From NCBI GenBank assembly GCA_963674965.2, contig CAXXFL010000006.1:96001-160000 (forward strand): a stretch of 64,000 bases of DNA. Direction: 5' to 3'. Positions within the stretch are counted from its first letter, which is position 1. The number at the start of each line of letters is the position of its first letter. This document shows, one piece after another, positions 39,725-48,472 of the stretch. The position numbers and the translations under genes are program-made. The notes below the pieces were generated by a model that was not told where the DNA came from, did no database searches, and saw nothing but the letters and a program-made list of their open reading frames with translations. This stretch comes from a bacterium (lineage in GTDB: Bacteria; RBG-13-61-14; DATKZS01).

Positions 39725-41070
39725 GCGGGGAATCCAAGCCCAAAAAGCTGACCATGGATGAGATCGGGAAAATCACCGATCCGGATTATCTGCGCCGGGG
39801 CCTCGAGTATCATGACGGCAAAATGGTGCTCAACCCCGCCAGGCACGGGAACAAGCTCTACGCCGAGGTCAAGGGCGGCGGGAAGAGCAACTACAAGGTA
39901 ACCATCACCTTCGAGGAAAAAATAAGCGCCAAGTGTACGTGTATCTCCGCCCGCCGGACCGCCTACTGCAAGCACGCCATCGCGGTGATGGTGGGATGGA
40001 GCAAAACCCCCGAGGCCTTCGTGGAATCCGAGGCCCCGCCTTTCACCGAGGCGGCCGCGGGCGGAAAAAAGAAGAAGGCGAGCGTGAAAAAGGGCAAGAC
40101 CGAGACCAGGGAAATCCAGGAGAAGGGAATCGTCGCCATCGAGAACCTCTTGACGGACGCGGCCATGGCAGGCCTTTCCGCCATCACCAGGGAGCGCGTC
40201 GAGCTGGTCCGCGAGCTTGCCGAGGAAACCAGGAACTACAAGCTGGTCCGATTATCCGCCGCGCTCCTGAAATTCGCGGACGGGCTTTCCGGGGCGTCCG
40301 GCGGGTCGGACTTTTCATTGTCCCGCTACGCCGAGGACATGACCGATATCCTTTTCACGGCCAAGGCTATTCGCAAATACTGGAAGGAAGGCGCGGAGGA
40401 CGAGAGGGTCCTGGAGGACCTGATCGGAAAGACCTGGCAAAAGAAAAGCCTTCCAATTAAAAAGGGCCTGAAAATGATCGAGGTCGAGTACAAAAGCTAT
40501 GAAACCCCCGATAACTTCCGCATAGATCAAAGCGTCTTCTTCTGCCTTGGCGACGGCTCCTTCTATTCCGAGAAACAGATACTGCCTCCCCATCTGAAAA
40601 ATCGCGAGGCCCCCAAGCAAAGCTACGCCGGAAAGGTGATACGCGCGGGAGCGGCTTACTTTTATCCGGGGTATCCTCCCGCCCGGATAAGGATCGAGGA
40701 GGTGGAGGAAAACCCGGTGGACGACGAAACCATGGCGACCCTGGAGGGAATGGCCGAGAAAGACTGGGACAAGCTGATAGATGATTACATGGAAGGAAGA
40801 CGGGACGTCTTCGCTCCCCTCTTCAGGCCGGCGCTGCTTCGCCCCGCCAGGGTCATATGCAAAGAATCGGGGCTCGCGCTGAGCGATTCAAATGGGACTC
40901 TCCTTCCCATGCCGCTCTCCTCCGAGCGCTCGGCCGGCCTGTGCCGGGAACTTAGCGGTGGAGAACTTATAACGCTGTTCGGGAATATCGTCGTCGGCGA
41001 CCTCGGACTTGAATTCGAACTTATGTCAGCCGCGATCGAAAGTTACTCCGGCCCAAGGATTGCGTATTAA
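39721..41070 (+). CDS. SWIM zinc-finger protein (YehQ-like)
   Basis: RG.EY...V.G....Y.V followed by CTC...YCKH; ATGA overlap with the vWA gene. Confidence 0.85.
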   Translation: MSGESKPKKLTMDEIGKITDPDYLRRGLEYHDGKMVLNPARHGNKLYAEVKGGGKSNYKVTITFEEKISAKCTCISARRTAYCKHAIAVMVGWSKTPEAFVESEAPPFTEAAAGGKKKKASVKKGKTETREIQEKGIVAIENLLTDAAMAGLSAITRERVELVRELAEETRNYKLVRLSAALLKFADGLSGASGGSDFSLSRYAEDMTDILFTAKAIRKYWKEGAEDERVLEDLIGKTWQKKSLPIKKGLKMIEVEYKSYETPDNFRIDQSVFFCLGDGSFYSEKQILPPHLKNREAPKQSYAGKVIRAGAAYFYPGYPPARIRIEEVEENPVDDETMATLEGMAEKDWDKLIDDYMEGRRDVFAPLFRPALLRPARVICKESGLALSDSNGTLLPMPLSSERSAGLCRELSGGELITLFGNIVVGDLGLEFELMSAAIESYSGPRIAY

Positions 41071-41145
41071 TATCGACAAGGCGCGCGCGTTTGCCGTCAA
41101 CGGGGATCAGGCACGCTATGAAAGAAAAGATTGAGGAGGAATGAG

Positions 41146-41610
41146 ATGGGTATAGATTATCGTATCTACTCGGCGTCTGAAGCGGAGTTGGAGAAAGTGG
41201 TCAAAGGAGAACAAGACATTTATGAATGGTTTCATGAATGGAGAAACCGCCGTGACAAGGAGGATGAGATCGACCTGGACAAGGACGGATGCATAGCTTA
41301 TGAAGTGGTGCGTAACGTTGCCGAGCTTTTCAATATCAAGGCGCTCGACGGTTTTCCCCATAAGGGCTCAATACCGTTGGAAGAATACAACGCGTTGAGA
41401 CCTGAAAAGGTCCGGGAACTGGCCGCTTGTCTCGCCGGGCTCGGCCGGAAGGAATTCGATAGAGGTTTTGCCGCGGCCGATAAGCGTGATGACGATTATT
41501 ATTTCACCGAGGAAGGAAGTGAGGACTTCTATAGATGTTTTTATCGGCCCATGATAGATTTTTACCTGAGGGCCGCCGAGCGGGGCAAAGCCATATTGAT
41601 GTTTCCCTGA
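41146..41610 (+). CDS. DUF1877/YfbM-like protein, paralog 1
   Basis: MGIDY start, IDLDK, PEKVRELA, DFYLRAAERGKAIL; GAGGAGG RBS. Confidence 0.65.
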   Translation: MGIDYRIYSASEAELEKVVKGEQDIYEWFHEWRNRRDKEDEIDLDKDGCIAYEVVRNVAELFNIKALDGFPHKGSIPLEEYNALRPEKVRELAACLAGLGRKEFDRGFAAADKRDDDYYFTEEGSEDFYRCFYRPMIDFYLRAAERGKAILMFP

Positions 41611-41655
41611 AACACGGCGAGGTAGCCATGAATGAGCGAGTCAGTGAGAAAATAA

Positions 41656-42135
41656 ATGGGTATTGATTATGAATTGTATATCATTTCCATGGAAGAATTC
41701 GATAAGATTATGGCCGATCCGGATGATTGGAAGGTATATGGTGAGATTTACCGGGAAAAATGGAGCACGGAATCGCATCTCGACATGGTAAGAGTTATGG
41801 CCCGGACCATGTTCGACGTAATGAACAACTTAAGCGAGTTGTATGGCCTCGATGCCTTAAAGGATTTCCCCCATTTCAAGGAACGAGTCCTTTTGGATAA
41901 GGAAAGCTGCAATTCTTTCTATAAGCCGGACAAGGTCCAGGCGGTGGCGGAAGACCTGAAGCGGGTCACAAGGAACCAGTTCGACAAGGCCTACGCGGAC
42001 GCCGATAAATTCTTTGACGATGACTACACCGAGCAAGGGCGGGAACGTTTCTTTAAATTGTTTTTTTCCGAAGCGGTCCAGTTATTCAAAAGGGCCGCGG
42101 AAAAGGAAGCGGGCGTTATATATTTCCGCGGCTGA
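41656..42135 (+). CDS. DUF1877/YfbM-like protein, paralog 2
   Basis: MGIDY, HLDM, KPDKVQAVA, LFKRAAEKEAGVI. Confidence 0.65.
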   Translation: MGIDYELYIISMEEFDKIMADPDDWKVYGEIYREKWSTESHLDMVRVMARTMFDVMNNLSELYGLDALKDFPHFKERVLLDKESCNSFYKPDKVQAVAEDLKRVTRNQFDKAYADADKFFDDDYTEQGRERFFKLFFSEAVQLFKRAAEKEAGVIYFRG

Positions 42136-42594
42136 CGATTCTCCCGTTCGGCGTCCGAGTTTCACTCCGGCTTTAAATAGCCTTTTATCAGCCGCCCGAT
42201 CGTCACGAGCCGTTATGGACAAGCCCCATTTGGAGTTGTTTGAAACGGTCGGCGCCTTGGGAGACATGAAGGGCGAGCCGGCCCTTGAACATGCCATATG
42301 AGGGATTGAACGAAAAGATGGCGATGAAAAGCCGGGAGAGTCCATTCTTCCTCACCTTGTAAAGAAGATAGCCGCGACCTTCGCGAACGCGACCGCTGAG
42401 GAATTCGCGCGGGTCCACGAAAAACATGGCCCCAAGGAGTATGAACTGGACAATGACCATCGCGCTTCCTATCTTGATGATCTTTCGAAACGCCGCCGAA
42501 AAAGGTCCCCGTATTATATCTGTGATGGAGTGAGGAAGTATCTCAGGCGAAAAGGAAACGGACCGACGCTAAGCCAAAAGTAAGGAGCGAGGCA

Positions 42595-43074
42595 ATGGGT
42601 ATTGAACACGATTTGTATATCATTTCAATGGAAGAATTCGACAAGATGATGGCCGATCCGGATGATTGGGACGTATATGGTGAGATTGTCGAGATCAAAC
42701 GGAATACTGAATTGCACCTTGACATGGGCAAAAGTTCCGCCCTGACGCTGTTTTGCGTAATGGAAAATTTAAGCGAGTTGTATGGCCTCGACTCCTTGAA
42801 GGATTTCCCCTATTTCAAGGAACGGGTGCTTATGGATAAGGAGCACTACCATTCTTTCTATAAGCCGGACAAGGTCCAAGCGGCGGCGGAAGACCTGAAG
42901 CGGGTGAACGGGAAACGGTTCGACAAGGCCTACGCGGGCGCCGATAAATTCCATGACGACGATTACACCGAGGAAGGGCGCGAACGTTTCTTTGAATACG
43001 ATTTTTCCGGAGCGGTCGAGTTTTTCAAAATGGCCGCCGAAAAGGGAGCGGGCGTCATGTACACCTCGGGATGA
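42595..43074 (+). CDS. DUF1877/YfbM-like protein, paralog 3 (recent duplicate of paralog 2)
   Basis: Same length as paralog 2 with long identical stretches (LYIISMEEFDK, NLSELYGLD, FYKPDKVQA). Confidence 0.65.
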   Translation: MGIEHDLYIISMEEFDKMMADPDDWDVYGEIVEIKRNTELHLDMGKSSALTLFCVMENLSELYGLDSLKDFPYFKERVLMDKEHYHSFYKPDKVQAAAEDLKRVNGKRFDKAYAGADKFHDDDYTEEGRERFFEYDFSGAVEFFKMAAEKGAGVMYTSG

Positions 43075-43096
43075 TGCTCCACTTAGCGTCCGCGAC

Positions 43097-44140
43097 TCAT
43101 GCCGGTTTTAAATATCCTTTTATCAGCCGCCAGATCATGACGTCCCGGTTGTGTTTTTCGTCGCGGGTACGTATGGCCAGGATCGGCTCGGAGGGGTGGA
43201 AGCTTATTCCCACTCCCGGCCAATTGGCCACATAACCGGGAATCGGGGGGAGGGGCTCGAAGTTTTCGCATTCCCACGTCAGGACCTCGTCACCCTTGTC
43301 GGGGTTCGATCGGTCACGCGAACCCGCCGCGAGGAACCCGCCGTCCGAAGAAACGGCCGCGGTCCTTAACGTCACGTTCTCCAGTTCGATATTCCTGATA
43401 CAGTCTCCCGATTCAACGTCCAGAATTTTTATCGCGCCCTTGCTCGAGCAAAAGGCCAACCTCTTGCCGTCCGGAAACCAGTGCAGACAGTTCTCGCCCC
43501 TCGCGTGTCCTTTCAGTTTACATATTTGCTCGCCGGTCTTCGCGTCCCAAAGCCTCGCGTCCACCTCCTGGGAACAAGACGCGATCGTCGCGCCATCGGG
43601 CGACCACTTGACGCATAACGGACCGTCCAGGTGACCTTCCAACTCGCCAAAAAGCTCGCCGCTCAGGGGGGCCTTCAACTTGACGCAGGCGTCTTTATGG
43701 ACGCAGGCAATAACCTTCCCGTCGGGCGACCACTCGATCTCATCAACGCCCTGATGACGGGCGACCGTCTCGCCCGACGCGACGTCATATATGTGGAGAC
43801 TTTCCGCCTTGAAGTCGGACCCGACGGCCGAGGCGGCCACGTATTTTCCGTCCGGGCTCCATTCGACCCATCCTATGGAATCCGCCCAACTGGCGCCCTC
43901 CCGCTCGAGGAATCGAACCAGTCCTCCGATCTCGCAGTCCCAGATACCCACCCTCGCGTCACCCGAGGCCGTTGCCAGCATGACGCCGTCGGGCGACCAG
44001 GAAATGGCGTTCACCCGGGTCCCCGGGGAGAAGAAGACGCCGTCCGGCTCCCATCCGGTCGCGCTTTTATAATTGCCGTGATCGGCCAGGGTCTTGATCA
44101 GCTTATGCCGAATATTCTTTCTTCCTTTGTCAGCGGTCAT
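43097..44140 (-). CDS. WD40-repeat beta-propeller protein
   Basis: Repeated WSPDG...ASxSxD...WD and LxGH motifs. Confidence 0.88.
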   Translation of the reverse strand: MTADKGRKNIRHKLIKTLADHGNYKSATGWEPDGVFFSPGTRVNAISWSPDGVMLATASGDARVGIWDCEIGGLVRFLEREGASWADSIGWVEWSPDGKYVAASAVGSDFKAESLHIYDVASGETVARHQGVDEIEWSPDGKVIACVHKDACVKLKAPLSGELFGELEGHLDGPLCVKWSPDGATIASCSQEVDARLWDAKTGEQICKLKGHARGENCLHWFPDGKRLAFCSSKGAIKILDVESGDCIRNIELENVTLRTAAVSSDGGFLAAGSRDRSNPDKGDEVLTWECENFEPLPPIPGYVANWPGVGISFHPSEPILAIRTRDEKHNRDVMIWRLIKGYLKPA

Positions 44141-44174
44141 AGTTTGCTCCCGATCGAGTTAAGCAAGCGGCTTG

Positions 44175-44636
44175 TCATGAGATAATATAGCCCATCCCGT
44201 CGCCGCCGTCAGCCGCCTTTATGAACAGGTCCATCATGGGACGGAAGTAATCGTCATAGAGCTGCCGTCCATCGTTTTCCAAAAGGAACCCATAACTGTG
44301 TGGGTCGGCGGTCAATATGGCCTTCTTGTACATGTCGATCGTGATTTTTTTAAAAGCCGCCGCGACCTCCTGGACTTTTTCCGGGCTGAAATAGTAACCG
44401 TCGTTCTTGACATGGATGAAGTCCACGTGGGTAAACAACACAAGCGGTCCCAATCCATACAGTTCGCCTATCTCGTGCGCCACGTTGAAGGCCACGTCTC
44501 CGTACTTGTAAAGGTCGACTTTACGTTCTTCAGGTATGGGGTAAGTGCCCTCCAGATATACAACGGGCTTTTCTCCATCGTATCCCTCGGTGACCTGGTC
44601 CTCACTGACCCTGTAGAACATGTAGGTTATTGACAT
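44175..44636 (-). CDS. DUF1877/YfbM-like protein, paralog 4
   Basis: MSITY, VDLYK, ELYGL, SPEKVQEVA, RPMMDLFIKAADGG, matching paralogs 1-3. Confidence 0.6.
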   Translation of the reverse strand: MSITYMFYRVSEDQVTEGYDGEKPVVYLEGTYPIPEERKVDLYKYGDVAFNVAHEIGELYGLGPLVLFTHVDFIHVKNDGYYFSPEKVQEVAAAFKKITIDMYKKAILTADPHSYGFLLENDGRQLYDDYFRPMMDLFIKAADGGDGMGYIIS

Positions 44637-44790
44637 CTACAATCCCTCGTTAGCAGTATAGTTTATCGAGGAGCATCTTCCAAAGTCCCATATTGCACGG
44701 CCTCCGAATATTTTCACTCTCCCCAGCGAGCATACCGCCTGGACAAATCCGTTATGGTTAGGGTGAGTTCGAATCCCTGATATAAAAGGA

Positions 44791-45221
44791 CTAAATCTTT
44801 CTGTCCAACGTCCGGTACCGCGCGGCCTCGGATAGGTGGGCGACCTGGATATCCTCGGCGCCCTCGAGGTCGGCGATGGTGCGGGCGACTTTGAGGACGC
44901 GGGAGTGGGCGCGGGCGGACATGCCGAGCTTGTCGACGCACCGCTGCAATAGCGCGTGTTCGGCGTCGTCCACTTTGCAGTAGGTCCGTATCTGCCTCGA
45001 GGCCATCTCGGCGTTGCACCTGGCCCGGGAGCGGGCGAAGCGATTCTTCTGGACGTTCCGGGCCGCGTTGACCCTGGCCCGAACCGACTCGGAGGGCTCG
45101 CCGCCTCGCTCGTCCGACAGCTCGCGATAGTTGACGGCCGGGACCTCGACGTGGAGGTCCACCCGGTCGAGCAGAGGCCCCGAGACGCGCGAGTGGTAGC
45201 TCCCGATCCGGCGGGTCGAGC
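44791..45221 (-). pseudogene. Duplicated 3' fragment of yifB/comM (direct repeat of 48042..48472)
   Basis: Offset 3251 bp; 44961-45171 is identical to 48212-48422; the flanks are diverged; no start codon or N-terminal region. Confidence 0.9.
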
Positions 45222-48200
45222 GGGGGAAATCGCTCTGCTAAGATATTGAAAGAATTTAAAGATTACTTCGATTCGATTTCGCAAGATGAGCCGTAAAGTA
45301 TCTTGAATATGAAACTTGCCCCGCTCGAGATTAATGGAAACCTTGATGGCCTCCAATTGAAGATCATTTGGCAATGAGGTCGTTGCACGAATTTGTTCAA
45401 CGAAAACATTACGGTTATTCTGGTTTTGAGGGTAATATATATTAGAGACTGAATGAACCCAACGGCTGGGGCCAAATTTGTGAACGCGTGGTTAGTCGGA
45501 TCAATTAATAAAAAAGATTGAACTCGGGGTTTTTCATGAATGAAATAAAACCAGTGGTATGTAGCATGTGCGACCTCGCCTGCACTCTGGAGGCCCACGT
45601 GAAGGACGGGAAGCTGGATCGATTGGCCGGCTTCAAGGATCATCCGCTCTGGCCGAACGTATTCTGTATTAAACCCGCGAACGCGCAAGACTGGTTTTAT
45701 AATAAACATCGTCTTCAGCATCCAATGAAGAGGAAAGGAAAAAGGGGCGCTGATAATTGGACCCGGGTAAGCTGGGAGCAGGCGCTCGACGAAATTTCTG
45801 AACGCCTGAAAAAGATAGTTGACGAGCATGGACCTGAATCCTTCGCCTGCGCGACCTCGGAACATAACTGCCAGGTAGCGAGCGGCGCGACGCGTCGTTT
45901 TATGAATCTTCTGGGAAGTCCGAATTACATCAGTGGGACCTCGATGTGCATGGGAAATACGGCCGCCGTCAACGGCATGACCTATGGGGGGTATCCTTTC
46001 TCGGATTTTGAACATACCCGCTGCATCGTGTATTTCGGGCATAATCCCAAGCCGAACGTCTGGGCCGGGGAATATAAGCGGCTCAAGGCCGCCCTTGACC
46101 GGGGCGCGAAACTGATCGTCATGGACCCACGTAAAAGCCACTCCGCGAAAATGGCCCACCTGCACCTTCAGCTAAGGGCGGGCACGGACGCCGCGATGTC
46201 TCTGGGATGGTTGAACGTGATCGTCTCGGAGGAGCTTTATGATAAACGATTTGTCTCGGAGTGGTGTACCGGTTTTGATGATTTAAAGAAACGGGTGGAG
46301 GAGTATCCGCCCCCGCGCGTGGAAAAAATAACGGGCGTTTCCAAAGACCTAATACGTGAAGCCGCCATAATGTACGCCACGAATACCCCGGGAGTCATCC
46401 CCTGGACGTGCATCACCGACCAGCAGAAAAACAGCACCTCCGCGCTTCGTTGCCAGGCCATTTTGAGAGCATTGACCGGAAACCTCAACGCTCCGGGAGG
46501 CGACGTTATCCTTTCGCCCAACCCGTTGATAATCTCCGAGTCGGAACTGGAACTTCACGAAGTACTTCCCCAGGATAAAAAAGACCTGCAACTCGGCGCA
46601 CAGGCTCACCCGGTAATGACTTACCGCGGCCAGAAGGCGCTTAACGATCCTCGTGGCAAAGTTTTCGGCATGCCATATATCAACATCTGCAAAGGACAAT
46701 ACATGGCCCATCCACCCGCGGTATTCAGGGCCATGCGAGAAGGCGATCCCTATCCTGTAAAAGCCTTTTTCTCCGTTGCCAACAACACGCTCATGCAGTT
46801 CGCCAACCAGCGGGGCATTTATGAAGCGCTCAACAATCTCGACTTGTTCGTGGTCAATGAAATATTCATGACGCCCACCGCGCAACTGGCCGATTACGTG
46901 CTTCCTGGAGACAGCTTCCTGGAACGTGACGCTCTATACGGGGCGTGGGACTGGGTCAGCAGTTACATGGTTTCCCGGAAAGCCATTGATCCCCCCGGTG
47001 AATGCAGGGACGTTTATTACTTCTGGCGCGAGATCGCTGTTCGTATGGGGATGGAGGAGCGCTTCCCCTGGAAGAACCTTGAGGAACTCTACGATTACAG
47101 GGTTCACAAAACAGGTTTGACCTGGAAACAGTTGTCCGATAATTTCCCCTTGTTTCCCTCTGTGCCGCCAACTGCGGCTAAATTCGCGCCCCTTGTTTTA
47201 AAAACGCTGAATGGAATGGGCCTACTCGGGAAAATTCAATCCCTGGCCACGTCCGTGATGCGAGGCAAGAGAAAAAAATGGGAAACCTTCGAGCGCGCCG
47301 GCGACAGGAAGCGAGCGGAAAAATATCTGGACAAGGCTTCCTTCGCGCCGTATCCCCACAAGAAGCTCGGCTTTGCCACTCCCAGCGGAAAGGTCGAGTT
47401 ATCTTCCAGCATCCTCGCGGACCTCGGATTCGATCCGCTGCCTTATTGGTCGGATATTGATGATACCGGCGACCCCTCCACCGATGAGTTCCCCTTGCAA
47501 CTCTTTATCGGTTTGCGTGAGGACGGATATTTCAACACCGTGGGACGCCATGTCGATAAATTGCGGGAGCGCAATCCCGAGCCGCGGGCCATTTTGCACG
47601 CCGAGACCGCGCGCAAGTTCGGAATCGAGGACGGCGCCTGGATTTATGTCGAAACCAGTTGGGGCAAGGTGCAGATGAAGGCTAAATTAAGCGATGACAT
47701 TCTGCCGGACCTTGTCAGGGTGCCCCATGGATGGTGGAAACCGGAAGAGGCCAAGGGCGAGCCGGGACTTTCCGGCGCATGGAAATATTCCGACGGCATC
47801 CTCCTCGATGATAACCCCGCCCACCTGGACCCCGAGCAGGGACTGCCGGATTTGCGCGGCGGCAGAAGATGTCGAGTGCGCCTGATGGAACAGTAAGGAC
47901 AATTTTCATAGGAATTACTTTTCTTGCGGAAATAAAGTTGTGAATAAAAATGACGTCTGAAGAAATTTTATGCGGCAACATTGGAAATCGGCCAAGATTC
48001 GGGGAGAGATCATAGATTTCCAGAACCTTGGATAACCGACCTTACATTTTCCTGTCCAGCGTTCTGTATTGCACGGCCTCCGACAAATGGGCGACCTGAA
48101 TGCTTTCTGAGGCTTCGAGGTCGGCGATGGTGCGGGCGACTTTGAGAATCCTGGAGTGGGCGCGGGCGCTCATGCCCAGGCGGTCCACGCATTTCTGGAG

Positions 48201-48472
48201 GAGGGCGTGTCCGGCGTCGTCCACTTTGCAGTAGGTCCGTATCTGCCTCGAGGCCATCTCGGCGTTGCACCTGGCCCGGGAGCGGGCGAAGCGATTCTTC
48301 TGGACGTTCCGGGCCGCGTTGACCCTGGCCCGAACCGACTCGGAGGGCTCGCCGCCTCGCTCGTCCGACAGCTCGCGATAGTTGACGGCCGGGACCTCGA
48401 CGTGGAGGTCCACCCGGTCGAGGAGAGGCCCCGAGATGCGCGAGCGGTAGTTCTCGATCTGGCGGGTCGAGC
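45222..48472. mobile_element. Small integrase-free island/cassette inserted at the yifB/comM 3' end
   Basis: Bounded by a ~430-bp direct repeat of the yifB 3' end; carries one cargo gene with AT-rich flanks. Confidence 0.6.
45536..47896 (+). CDS. Acetylene-hydratase-like W/Mo-bisPGD enzyme (DMSO reductase superfamily)
   Basis: C9-x2-C12-D13-x2-C16 and later FCIK for the [4Fe-4S] cluster; RRFMNLLGSPN...MCMGNTA, IPW...TDQQKNS, ATPSGKVEL, GLRED, RVPHG.W, LDPEQGLPDLRGG. Confidence 0.8.
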   Translation: MNEIKPVVCSMCDLACTLEAHVKDGKLDRLAGFKDHPLWPNVFCIKPANAQDWFYNKHRLQHPMKRKGKRGADNWTRVSWEQALDEISERLKKIVDEHGPESFACATSEHNCQVASGATRRFMNLLGSPNYISGTSMCMGNTAAVNGMTYGGYPFSDFEHTRCIVYFGHNPKPNVWAGEYKRLKAALDRGAKLIVMDPRKSHSAKMAHLHLQLRAGTDAAMSLGWLNVIVSEELYDKRFVSEWCTGFDDLKKRVEEYPPPRVEKITGVSKDLIREAAIMYATNTPGVIPWTCITDQQKNSTSALRCQAILRALTGNLNAPGGDVILSPNPLIISESELELHEVLPQDKKDLQLGAQAHPVMTYRGQKALNDPRGKVFGMPYINICKGQYMAHPPAVFRAMREGDPYPVKAFFSVANNTLMQFANQRGIYEALNNLDLFVVNEIFMTPTAQLADYVLPGDSFLERDALYGAWDWVSSYMVSRKAIDPPGECRDVYYFWREIAVRMGMEERFPWKNLEELYDYRVHKTGLTWKQLSDNFPLFPSVPPTAAKFAPLVLKTLNGMGLLGKIQSLATSVMRGKRKKWETFERAGDRKRAEKYLDKASFAPYPHKKLGFATPSGKVELSSSILADLGFDPLPYWSDIDDTGDPSTDEFPLQLFIGLREDGYFNTVGRHVDKLRERNPEPRAILHAETARKFGIEDGAWIYVETSWGKVQMKAKLSDDILPDLVRVPHGWWKPEEAKGEPGLSGAWKYSDGILLDDNPAHLDPEQGLPDLRGGRRCRVRLMEQ

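Noticed and set aside
44761-44780. GGGTGAGTTCGAATCCC resembles a tRNA T-loop next to the yifB fragment
   Set aside because: The flanking bases do not form a 5-bp T-stem, and no acceptor, D or anticodon arms are visible.
45172-45221. A-to-G-biased mismatches between the yifB copies, suggesting a DGR TR/VR pair
   Set aside because: Only four such changes, alongside non-A changes; no reverse transcriptase in the window; decay of an untranslated fragment explains them.
44637-45374. 245-aa minus-strand ORF spanning the yifB fragment
   Set aside because: An alternative-frame read-through of the duplicated yifB DNA with low-complexity composition.
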